Shown here: positions 1 through 11,600 of the stretch, piece by piece
Numbering within the stretch: the first letter of the stretch is position 1
How the letters are laid out: every line of letters starts with the position of its first letter
Assembly (NCBI GenBank): GCA_964016885.1
Contig: OZ024745.1
Coordinates: forward strand, 4,278,001 to 4,342,000
Length of the DNA stretch: 64,000 nt
From: Eledone cirrhosa
Taxonomy: Eukaryota
Direction: 5' to 3'
Translations under genes and position numbers: made by a program
The notes under the pieces: generated by a model
Database searches by the model: none
What the model saw: only the letters and a program-made list of their open reading frames with translations
Told to the model about the DNA's origin: nothing

Positions 1-3000
1 GAATAAAATGAGAGTGCAGTGAAATGGAATAAAGTGAGAGCGCAGTGAATCAGAATAAAGTGATAGTGCAGTGAACTGGAATAAAGTGAGAGTGCAGTGA
101 ATCAGAATAAAGTGAGAGTGCAGTGAACCAGAATAAAGTAAGAGTGCAGTGAACTAGAATAAAGTGAGAGTGCAGTGAACTGGAATAAAGTGAGAGTGCA
201 GTGAACTGGAATAAAGTGAGAGTGCAGTGAACTGGAATAAAGTAAGAGTGCAGTGAACTAGAATAAAGTGAGAGTGCAGTGAACCAGAATAAAGTGAGAG
301 TGCAGTGAACTGGAATAAAGTGAGAGTGCAGAGAACCAGAATAAAGTGAGAGTGCAGTGAACTGGAATAAAGTGAGAGTGCAGAGAACCAGAATAAAGTG
401 AGAGTGCAGTGAACTGGAATAAAGTGAGAGTGCAGTGAACTGGAATAAAGTGAGAGTGCAGTGAATCAGAATAAAGTGAGAGTGCAGTGAACTGGAATAA
501 AGTGAGAGCGCAGTGAATCAGAATAAAGTGAGAGTGCAGCGAACTGGAATAAAGTGAGAGTGCAGTGAACTGGAATAAAGTGAGAGTGCAGTGAACTGGA
601 ATAAAGTGAGAGTGCAGTGAACTGGAATAAAGTGAGAGTGCAGTGAACTGGAATAAAGTAAGAGTGCAGTGAACTAGAATAAAGTGAGAGTGCAGTGAAC
701 CAGCATAAAGTGAGAGTGCAGTGAACTGGAATAAAGTGAGAGTGCAGAGAACCAGAATGAAGTGAGAGTGCAGTGAACTGGAATAAAGTGAGAGTGCAGT
801 GAATCAGAATAAAGTGAGAGTGCAGTGAACCAGAATAAAGTAAGAGTGCAGTGAACTGGAATAAAGTGAGAGTGCAGTGAACTGGAATAAAGTGAGAGTG
901 CAGTGAACTGGAATAAAGTGAGAGTGCAGGGAACTGGAATAAAGTGAGAGTGCAGTGAACTGGAATAAAGTGAGGGTGCAGTGAACTGGAATAAAGTGAG
1001 AGTGCAGTGAACCAGAATAAAGTAAGAGTGCAGTGAACTGGAATAAAGTGAGAGCGCAGTGAATCAGAATAAAGTGAGAGTGCAGTGAACCAGAATAAAG
1101 TGAGAGTGCAGTGAACTGGAATAAAGTGAGAGTACAGTGAACCAGAATAAAGTGAGAGTGCAGTGAACTGGAATAAAGTGAGAGCGCAGTGAATCAGAAT
1201 AAAGTGAGAGTGCAGTGAACTGGAATAAAGTGAGAGTGCAGTGAATCAGAATAAAGTGAGAGCGCAGTGAACCAGAATAAAGTAAGAGTGCAGTGAACTG
1301 GAATAAAGTGAGAGTGCAGTGAACTGGAATAAAGTGAGAGTGCAGTGAACTGGAATAAAGTGAGAGTGCAGTGAACCAGAATAAAGTGAGAGTGCAGTGA
1401 ACCAGAATAAAATGAGAGTGCAGTGAACTGGAATAAAGTGAGAGTGCAGTGAACTGGAATAAAGTGAGAGTGCAGTGAACTGGAATAAAGTGAGAGTGCA
1501 GTGAACTGGAATAAAGTGAGAGTGCAGTGAACCAGAATAAAGTGAGAGTGCAGTGAACTGGAATAATGTGAGAGTGCAGTGAACTGGAATAAAGTGAGAG
1601 TGCAGTGAACCAGAATAAAGTGAGAGTGCAGTGAACTGGAATAAAGTGAGAGCGCAGTGAATCAGAATAAAGTGAGAGTGCAGTGAACTGGAATAAAGTG
1701 AGAGTGCAGTGAATCAGAATAAAGTGAGAGTGCAGTGAACCAGAATAAAGTAAGGGTGCAGTGAACTGGAATAAAGTGAGAGTGCAGTGAACTGGAATAA
1801 AGTGAAAGTGCAGTGAACTGGAATAAAGTGAGAGTGCAGTGAACTGGAATAAAGTAAGAGTGTAGTGAACTAGAATAAAGTGAGAGTGCAGTGAACTGGA
1901 ATAAAGTGAGAGTGCAGTGAACCAGAATAAAGTGAGAGTACAGTGAACTGGAATAAAGTGAGAGTGCAGAGAACCAGAATAAAGTGAGAGTGCAGTGAAC
2001 TGGAATAAAGTGAGAGTGCAGTGAACCAGAATAAAGTAAGAGTGCAGTGAACTGGAATAAAGTGAGAGTGCAGTGAACTGGAATAAAGTGAGAGTGCAGT
2101 GCACCAGAATAAAGTGAGAGTGCAGTGAACTGGAATAAAGTGAGAGTGCAGTGAATCAGAATAAAGTGAGAGTGCAGTGAAACAGAATAAAGTAAGAGTG
2201 CAGTGAACTGTAATAAAGTGAGAGCGCAGTGAATCAGAATAAAGTGAGAGTGCAGTGAACCAGAATAAAGTGAGAGTGCAGTGAACTGGAATAAAGTGAG
2301 AGTGCAGTGAACTGGAATAAAGTGAGAGTGCAGTGAATCAGAATAAAGTGAGAGTGCAGTGAACCAGAATAAAGTAAGAGTGCAGTGAACTGGAATAAAG
2401 TGAGAGTGCAGTGAACTGGAATAAAGTGAGAGTGCAGTGAACTGGAATAAAGTGAGAGTGCAGTGAACCAGAATAAAGTGAGAGTGCAGTGAACTGGAAT
2501 AAAGTGAGAGTGCAGTGAACTGGAATAAAGTGAGAGTGCAGTGAACCAGAATAAAGTGAGAGTGCAGTGAACTGGAATAAAGTTAGAGTGCAGTGAATCA
2601 GAATAAAGTGAGAGTGCAGTGAACCAGAATAAAGTGAGAGTGCAGTGAACTGGAATAAAGTGAGAGTGCAGTGAACTGGAATAAAGTGAGAGTGCAGTGA
2701 ACTGGAATAAAGTGAGAGTGCAGTGAACTGGAATAAAGTGAGAGTGCAGAGAACCAGAATAAAGTGAGAGTGCAGTGAACTGGAATAAAGTGAGAGTGCA
2801 GTGAACTGGAATAAAGTGAGAGTGGAGTGAATCAGAATAAAGTGAGAGTACAGTGAACAGGAATAAAGTGAGAGCGCAGTGAATCAGAATAAAGTGAGAG
2901 TGCAGTGAACTGGAATAAAGTGAGAGTGCAGTGAATCAGAATAAAGTGAGAGTGCAGTGAACCAGAATAAAGTAAGAGTGCAGTGAACTGGAATAAAGTG

Positions 3001-6000
3001 AGAGTGCAGTGAACTGGAATAAAGTGAGAGTGCAGTGAACCAGAATAAAGTGAGAGTGCAGTGAACTGGAATAAAGTGAGAGTGCAGTGAATCAGAATAA
3101 AGTGAGAGTGCAGTGAACCAGAATAAAGTGAGAGTGCAGTGAACTGGAATAAAGTGAGAGTGCAGTGAACTGGAATAAAGTGAGAGTGCAGTGAATCAGA
3201 ATAAAGTGAGAGTGCAGTGAACCAGAATAAAGTAAGAGTGCAGTGAACTGGAATAAAGTGAGAGTGCCGTGAACTGGAATAAAGTGAGAGTGCAGTGAAC
3301 TGGAATAAAGTGAGAGTGCAGTGAACTGGAATAAAGTGAGAGTGCAGTGAACCAGAATAAAGTGAGAGTGCAGTGAACTGGAATAAAGTGAGAGTGCAGT
3401 GAACCAGAATAAAGTGAGAGTGCAGTGAACTGGAATAAAGTGAGAGTGCAGTGAACTGGAATAAAGTGAGAGTGCAGTGAACCAGAATAAAGTGAGAGTG
3501 CAGTGAACTGGAATAAAGTGAGAGCGCAGTGAATCAGAATAAAGTGAGAGTGCAGTGAACTGGAATAAAGTGAGAGTGCAGTGAATCAGAATAAAGTGAG
3601 AGCGCAGTGAACCAGAATAAAGTAAGAATGCAGTGAACTGGAATAAAGTGAGAGTGCAGTGAACTGGAATAAAGTGAGAGTGCAGTGAACTGGAATAAAG
3701 TGAGAGTGCAGTGAACCAGAATAAAGTGAGAGTGCAGTGAACCAGAATAAAGTGAGAGTGCAGTGAACTCGAATAAAGTGAGAGTGCAGTGAACTGGAAT
3801 AAAGTGAGAGTGCAGTGAACTGGAATAAAGTGAGACTGCAGTGAACTGGAATAAAGTGAGAGTGCAGTGAACCAGAATAAAGTGAGAGTGCAGTGAACTG
3901 GAATAATGTGAGAGTGCAGTGAACTGGAATAAAGTGAGAGTGCAGTGAACCAGAATAAAGTAAGAGTGCAGTGAACTGGAATAAAGTGAGAGCGCAGTGA
4001 ATCAGAATAAAGTGAGAGTGCAGTGAACCAGAATAAAGTGAGAGTGCAGTGAACTGGAATAAAGTGAGAGTGCAGTGAACTGGAATAAAGTGAGAGTGCA
4101 GTGAATCAGAATAAAGTGAGAGTGCAGTGAACCAGAATAAAGTAAGAGTGCAGTGAACTGGAATTAAGTGAGAGTGCAGTGAACTGGAATAAAGTGAGAG
4201 TGCAGTGAACTGGAATAAAGTGAGAGTGCAGTGAACTGGAATAAAGTGAGAGTGCAGTGAACCAGAATAAAGTGAGAGTGCAGTGAACTGGAATAAAGTG
4301 CGAGTGCAGTGAACCAGAATAAAGTGAGATTGCAGTGAACTGGAATAAAGTGAGAGTGCAGTGAACTGGAATAAAGTGAGAGTGCAGTGAACCAGAATAA
4401 AGTGAGAGTGCAGTGAACTGGAATAAAGTGAGAGCGCAGTGAATCAGAATAAAGTGAGAGTGCAGTGAACTGGAATAAAGTGAGAGTGCAGTGAATCAGA
4501 ATAAAGTGAGAGCGCAGTGAACCAGAATAAAGTAAGAGTGCAGTGAACTGGAATAAAGTGAGAGTGCAGTGAACTGGAATAAAGTGAGAGTGCAGTGAAC
4601 TGGAATAAAGTGAGAGTGCAGTGAACCAGAATAAAGTGAGAGTGCAGTGAACCAGAATAAAGTGAGAGTGCAGTGAACTGGAATAAAGTGAGAGTGCAGT
4701 GAACTGGAATAAAGTGAGAGTGCAGTGAACTGGAATAAAGTGAGAGTGCAGTGAACCAGAATAAAGTGAGAGTGCAGTGAACCAGAATAAAGTGAGAGTG
4801 CAGTGAACTGGAATAAAGTGAGAGTGCAGTGAACTGGAATAAAGTGAGAGTGCAGTGAACTGGAATAAAATGAGAGTGCAGTGAAATGGAATAAAGTGAG
4901 AGCGCAGTGAATCAGAATAAAGTGATAGTGCAGTGAACTGGAATAAAGTGAGAGTGCAGTGAATCAGAATAAAGTGAGAGTGCAGTGAACCAGAATAAAG
5001 TAAGAGTGCAGTGAACTAGAATAAAGTGAGAGTGCAGTGAACTGGAATAAAGTGAGAGTGCAGTGAACTGGAATAAAGTGAGAGTGCAGTGAACTGGAAT
5101 AAAGTAAGAGTGCAGTGAACTAGAATAAAGTGAGAGTGCAGTGAACCAGAATAAAGTAAGAGTGCAGTGAACTGGAATAAAGTGAGAGTGCAGTGAACTG
5201 GAATAAAGTGAGAGTGCAGTGAACTGGAATAAAGTAAGAGCGCAGTGAACTGGAATAAAGTGAGAGTGCAGTGAACTGGAATAAAGTGAGAGTGCAGTGA
5301 ACTGGAATAAAGTGAGAGTGCAGTGAACCAGAATAAAGTGAGAGTGCAGTGAACTGGAATAAAGTGAGAGCGCAGTGAACTGGAATAAAGTGAGAGTGCA
5401 GTGAACTGGAATAAAGTAAGAGCGCAGTGAACTGGAATAAAGTGAGAGTGCAGTGAACCAGAATAAAGTGAGAGTGCAGTAAACTGGAATAAAGTGAGAG
5501 AGCAGTGAACCAGAATAAAGTGAGAGTGCAGTGAACTGGAATAAAGTGAGAGTGCAGTGAACCAGAATAAAGTGAGAGTGCAGTGAACTGGAATAAAGTG
5601 AGAGTGCAGTGAACCAGAATAAAGTGAGAGTGCAGTGAACTGGAATAAAGTGAGAGTGCAGTAAACCAGAATAAAGTGAGAGTGCAGTGAACTGGAATAA
5701 AGTGAGAGCGCAGTGAACCGGAATAAAGTGAGAGTGCAGTGAACTGTAATAAAGTGAGAGTGCAGTGAACTGGAATAAAGTGAGAGTGCAGTGAACCAGA
5801 ATAAAGTGAGAGTGCAGTGACCTGGAATAAAGTGAGAGTGCAGTGAACTGGAATAAAGTGAGAGTGCAGTGAACCAGAATAAAGTGAGAGTGCAGTGAAC
5901 TGGAATAAAGTGAGAGTGTAGTGAATCAGAATAAAGTGAGAGTGCAGTGAACCAGAATAAAGTGAGAGTGCAGTGAACTGGAATAAAGTGAGAGTGCAGT

Positions 6001-7280
6001 GAACTGGAATAAAGTGAGAGTGCAGTGAACTGGAATAAAGTGAGAGTGCAGTGAACCAGAATAAAGTGAGAGTGCAGTGAACTGGAATAAAGTCAGAGTG
6101 CAGTGAACTGGAATAAAGTGAGAGTGCAGTGAACCAGAATAAAGTGAGAGTGCAGTGAACTGGAATAAAGTGAGAGTGCAGTGAACCAGAATAAAGTGAG
6201 AGTGCAGTGAACTGGAATAAAGTGAGAGTGCAGTGAATCAGAATAAAGTGAGAGTGCAGTGAACCAGAATAAAGTGAGAGTGCAGTGAACTGGAATAAAG
6301 TGAGAGTGCAGTGAACTGGAATAAAGCGAGAGTGCAGTGAACTGGAATAAAGTGAGAGTGCAGAGAACCAGAATAAAGTGAGAGTGCAGTGAACTGGAAT
6401 AAAGTGAGAGTGCAGTGAACCAGAATAAAGTGAGAGTGCAGTGAACTGGAATAAAGTGAGAGTGCAGTGAATCAGAATAAAGTGAGAGTGCAGTGAACCA
6501 GAATAAAGTAAGAGTGCAGTGAACTGGAATAAAGTGAGAGCGCAGTGAATCAGAATAAAGTGAGAGTGCAGTGAACCAGAATAAAGTGAGAGTGCAGTGA
6601 ACTGGAATAAAGTGAGAGTGCAGTGAACTGGAATAAAGTGAGAGTGCAGTGAATCAGAATAAACTGAGAGTGCAGTGAACCAGAATAAAGTAAGAGTGCA
6701 GTGAACTGGAATTAAGTGAGAGTGCAGTGAACTGGAATAAAGTGAGAGTGCAGTGAACTGGAATAAAGTGAGAGTGCAGTGAACTGGAATAAAGTGAGAG
6801 TGCAGTGAACCAGAATAAAGTGAGAGTGCAGTGAACTGGAATAAAGTGCGAGTGCAGTGAACCAGAATAAAGTGAGATTGCAGTGAACTGGAATAAAGTG
6901 AGAGTGCAGTGAACTGGAATAAAGTGAGAGTGCAGTGAACCAGAATAAAGTGAGAGTGCAGTGAACTGGAATAAAGTGAGAGCGCAGTGAATCAGAATAA
7001 AGTGAGAGTGCAGTGAACTGGAATAAAGTGAGAGTGCAGTGAATCAGAATAAAGTGAGAGCGCAGTGAACCAGAATAAAGTAAGAGTGCAGTGAACTGGA
7101 ATAAAGTGAGAGTGCAGTGAACTGGAATAAAGTGAGAGTGCAGTGAACTGGAATAAAGTGGGAGTGCAGTGAACCAGAATAAAGTGAGAGTGCAGTGAAC
7201 CAGAATAAAGTGAGAGTGCAGTGAACTGGAATAAAGTGAGAGTGCAGTGAACTGGAATAAAGTGAGAGTGTAGTGAACTG
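1..7280 (+). repeat. HOR copy, sub-lineage I (280 monomers, 7,280 bp)
   Basis: Ordered rare markers recur 8,034 bp later (7,280 plus a 754-bp duplication): GAAATG tail (unit 1), GTGATAG, CAGCAT (701), GTGCAC (~2100), GTTAG, GTGCCG, ACTCG, GACTGC, ATTAAG, AAAGCG, AAACTG, GTGGGAG. Confidence 0.9.
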
Positions 7281-8658
7281 GAATAAAATGAGAGTGCAGT
7301 GAAATGGAATAAAGTGAGAGCGCAGTGAATCAGAATAAAGTGATAGTGCAGTGAACTGGAATAAAGTGAGAGTGCAGTGAATCAGAATAAAGTGAGAGTG
7401 CAGTGAACCAGAATAAAGTAAGAGTGCAGTGAACTAGAATAAAGTGAGAGTGCAGTGAACTGGAATAAAGTGAGAGTGCAGTGAACTGGAATAAAGTGAG
7501 AGTGCAGTGAACTGGAATAAAGTAAGAGTGCAGTGAACTAGAATAAAGTGAGAGTGCAGTGAACCAGAATAAAGTGAGAGTGCAGTGAACTGGAATAAAG
7601 TGAGAGTGCAGAGAACCAGAATAAAGTGAGAGTGCAGTGAACTGGAATAAAGTGAGAGTGCAGAGAACCAGAATAAAGTGAGAGTGCAGTGAACTGGAAT
7701 AAAGTGAGAGTGCAGTGAACTGGAATAAAGTGAGAGTGCAGTGAATCAGAATAAAGTGAGAGTGCAGTGAACTGGAATAAAGTGAGAGCGCAGTGAATCA
7801 GAATAAAGTGAGAGTGCAGCGAACTGGAATAAAGTGAGAGTGCAGTGAACTGGAATAAAGTGAGAGTGCAGTGAACTGGAATAAAGTGAGAGTGCAGTGA
7901 ACTGGAATAAAGTGGGAGTGCAGTGAACCAGAATAAAGTGAGAGTGCAGTGAACCAGAATAAAGTGAGAGTGCAGTGAACTGGAATAAAGTGAGAGTGCA
8001 GTGAACTGGAATAAAGTGAGAGTGCAGTGAACTGGAATAAAATGAGAGTGCAGTGAAATGGAATAAAGTGAGAGCGCAGTGAATCAGAATAAAGTGATAG
8101 TGCAGTGAACTGGAATAAAGTGAGAGTGCAGTGAATCAGAATAAAGTGAGAGTGCAGTGAACCAGAATAAAGTAAGAGTGCAGTGAACTAGAATAAAGTG
8201 AGAGTGCAGTGAACTGGAATAAAGTGAGAGTGCAGTGAACTGGAATAAAGTGAGAGTGCAGTGAACTGGAATAAAGTAAGAGTGCAGTGAACTAGAATAA
8301 AGTGAGAGTGCAGTGAACCAGAATAAAGTGAGAGTGCAGTGAACTGGAATAAAGTGAGAGTGCAGAGAACCAGAATAAAGTGAGAGTGCAGTGAACTGGA
8401 ATAAAGTGAGAGTGCAGAGAACCAGAATAAAGTGAGAGTGCAGTGAACTGGAATAAAGTGAGAGTGCAGTGAACTGGAATAAAGTGAGAGTGCAGTGAAT
8501 CAGAATAAAGTGAGAGTGCAGTGAACTGGAATAAAGTGAGAGCGCAGTGAATCAGAATAAAGTGAGAGTGCAGCGAACTGGAATAAAGTGAGAGTGCAGT
8601 GAACTGGAATAAAGTGAGAGTGCAGTGAACTGGAATAAAGTGAGAGTGCAGTGAACTG
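7151..8658 (+). repeat. Local tandem duplication of 29 monomers (754 bp)
   Basis: The GTGGGAG unit occurs at 7151 and 7905, and the AAAATG/GAAATG unit at 7281 and 8035; both offsets are 754. The equivalent position in the next HOR copy (15185/15315) has only one copy. Endpoints are approximate. Confidence 0.85.
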
Positions 8659-11600
8659 GAATAAAGTGAGAGTGCAGTGAACTGGAATAAAGTAAGAGTG
8701 CAGTGAACTAGAATAAAGTGAGAGTGCAGTGAACCAGCATAAAGTGAGAGTGCAGTGAACTGGAATAAAGTGAGAGTGCAGAGAACCAGAATGAAGTGAG
8801 AGTGCAGTGAACTGGAATAAAGTGAGAGTGCAGTGAATCAGAATAAAGTGAGAGTGCAGTGAACCAGAATAAAGTAAGAGTGCAGTGAACTGGAATAAAG
8901 TGAGAGTGCAGTGAACTGGAATAAAGTGAGAGTGCAGTGAACTGGAATAAAGTGAGAGTGCAGGGAACTGGAATAAAGTGAGAGTGCAGTGAACTGGAAT
9001 AAAGTGAGGGTGCAGTGAACTGGAATAAAGTGAGAGTGCAGTGAACCAGAATAAAGTAAGAGTGCAGTGAACTGGAATAAAGTGAGAGCGCAGTGAATCA
9101 GAATAAAGTGAGAGTGCAGTGAACCAGAATAAAGTGAGAGTGCAGTGAACTGGAATAAAGTGAGAGTACAGTGAACCAGAATAAAGTGAGAGTGCAGTGA
9201 ACTGGAATAAAGTGAGAGCGCAGTGAATCAGAATAAAGTGAGAGTGCAGTGAACTGGAATAAAGTGAGAGTGCAGTGAATCAGAATAAAGTGAGAGCGCA
9301 GTGAACCAGAATAAAGTAAGAGTGCAGTGAACTGGAATAAAGTGAGAGTGCAGTGAACTGGAATAAAGTGAGAGTGCAGTGAACTGGAATAAAGTGAGAG
9401 TGCAGTGAACCAGAATAAAGTGAGAGTGCAGTGAACCAGAATAAAATGAGAGTGCAGTGAACTGGAATAAAGTGAGAGTGCAGTGAACTGGAATAAAGTG
9501 AGAGTGCAGTGAACTGGAATAAAGTGAGAGTGCAGTGAACTGGAATAAAGTGAGAGTGCAGTGAACCAGAATAAAGTGAGAGTGCAGTGAACTGGAATAA
9601 TGTGAGAGTGCAGTGAACTGGAATAAAGTGAGAGTGCAGTGAACCAGAATAAAGTGAGAGTGCAGTGAACTGGAATAAAGTGAGAGCGCAGTGAATCAGA
9701 ATAAAGTGAGAGTGCAGTGAACTGGAATAAAGTGAGAGTGCAGTGAATCAGAATAAAGTGAGAGTGCAGTGAACCAGAATAAAGTAAGGGTGCAGTGAAC
9801 TGGAATAAAGTGAGAGTGCAGTGAACTGGAATAAAGTGAAAGTGCAGTGAACTGGAATAAAGTGAGAGTGCAGTGAACTGGAATAAAGTAAGAGTGTAGT
9901 GAACTAGAATAAAGTGAGAGTGCAGTGAACTGGAATAAAGTGAGAGTGCAGTGAACCAGAATAAAGTGAGAGTACAGTGAACTGGAATAAAGTGAGAGTG
10001 CAGAGAACCAGAATAAAGTGAGAGTGCAGTGAACTGGAATAAAGTGAGAGTGCAGTGAACCAGAATAAAGTAAGAGTGCAGTGAACTGGAATAAAGTGAG
10101 AGTGCAGTGAACTGGAATAAAGTGAGAGTGCAGTGCACCAGAATAAAGTGAGAGTGCAGTGAACTGGAATAAAGTGAGAGTGCAGTGAATCAGAATAAAG
10201 TGAGAGTGCAGTGAAACAGAATAAAGTAAGAGTGCAGTGAACTGTAATAAAGTGAGAGCGCAGTGAATCAGAATAAAGTGAGAGTGCAGTGAACCAGAAT
10301 AAAGTGAGAGTGCAGTGAACTGGAATAAAGTGAGAGTGCAGTGAACTGGAATAAAGTGAGAGTGCAGTGAATCAGAATAAAGTGAGAGTGCAGTGAACCA
10401 GAATAAAGTAAGAGTGCAGTGAACTGGAATAAAGTGAGAGTGCAGTGAACTGGAATAAAGTGAGAGTGCAGTGAACTGGAATAAAGTGAGAGTGCAGTGA
10501 ACCAGAATAAAGTGAGAGTGCAGTGAACTGGAATAAAGTGAGAGTGCAGTGAACTGGAATAAAGTGAGAGTGCAGTGAACCAGAATAAAGTGAGAGTGCA
10601 GTGAACTGGAATAAAGTTAGAGTGCAGTGAATCAGAATAAAGTGAGAGTGCAGTGAACCAGAATAAAGTGAGAGTGCAGTGAACTGGAATAAAGTGAGAG
10701 TGCAGTGAACTGGAATAAAGTGAGAGTGCAGTGAACTGGAATAAAGTGAGAGTGCAGTGAACTGGAATAAAGTGAGAGTGCAGAGAACCAGAATAAAGTG
10801 AGAGTGCAGTGAACTGGAATAAAGTGAGAGTGCAGTGAACTGGAATAAAGTGAGAGTGGAGTGAATCAGAATAAAGTGAGAGTGCAGTGAACAGGAATAA
10901 AGTGAGAGCGCAGTGAATCAGAATAAAGTGAGAGTGCAGTGAACTGGAATAAAGTGAGAGTGCAGTGAATCAGAATAAAGTGAGAGTGCAGTGAACCAGA
11001 ATAAAGTAAGAGTGCAGTGAACTGGAATAAAGTGAGAGTGCAGTGAACTGGAATAAAGTGAGAGTGCAGTGAACCAGAATAAAGTGAGAGTGCAGTGAAC
11101 TGGAATAAAGTGAGAGTGCAGTGAATCAGAATAAAGTGAGAGTGCAGTGAACCAGAATAAAGTGAGAGTGCAGTGAACTGGAATAAAGTGAGAGTGCAGT
11201 GAACTGGAATAAAGTGAGAGTGCAGTGAATCAGAATAAAGTGAGAGTGCAGTGAACCAGAATAAAGTAAGAGTGCAGTGAACTGGAATAAAGTGAGAGTG
11301 CCGTGAACTGGAATAAAGTGAGAGTGCAGTGAACTGGAATAAAGTGAGAGTGCAGTGAACTGGAATAAAGTGAGAGTGCAGTGAACCAGAATAAAGTGAG
11401 AGTGCAGTGAACTGGAATAAAGTGAGAGTGCAGTGAACCAGAATAAAGTGAGAGTGCAGTGAACTGGAATAAAGTGAGAGTGCAGTGAACTGGAATAAAG
11501 TGAGAGTGCAGTGAACCAGAATAAAGTGAGAGTGCAGTGAACTGGAATAAAGTGAGAGCGCAGTGAATCAGAATAAAGTGAGAGTGCAGTGAACTGGAAT

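Noticed and set aside
1064-2104. Zinc-finger or metal-binding repeat protein suggested by the His/Cys periodicity
   Set aside because: There is no C2H2 spacing or TGEKP linker, and the DNA period is 26 bp rather than 84 bp.
5487-5512. Apparent indel at GAGAGAGCAG
   Set aside because: It is a T-to-A substitution, and the register is unchanged on both sides.
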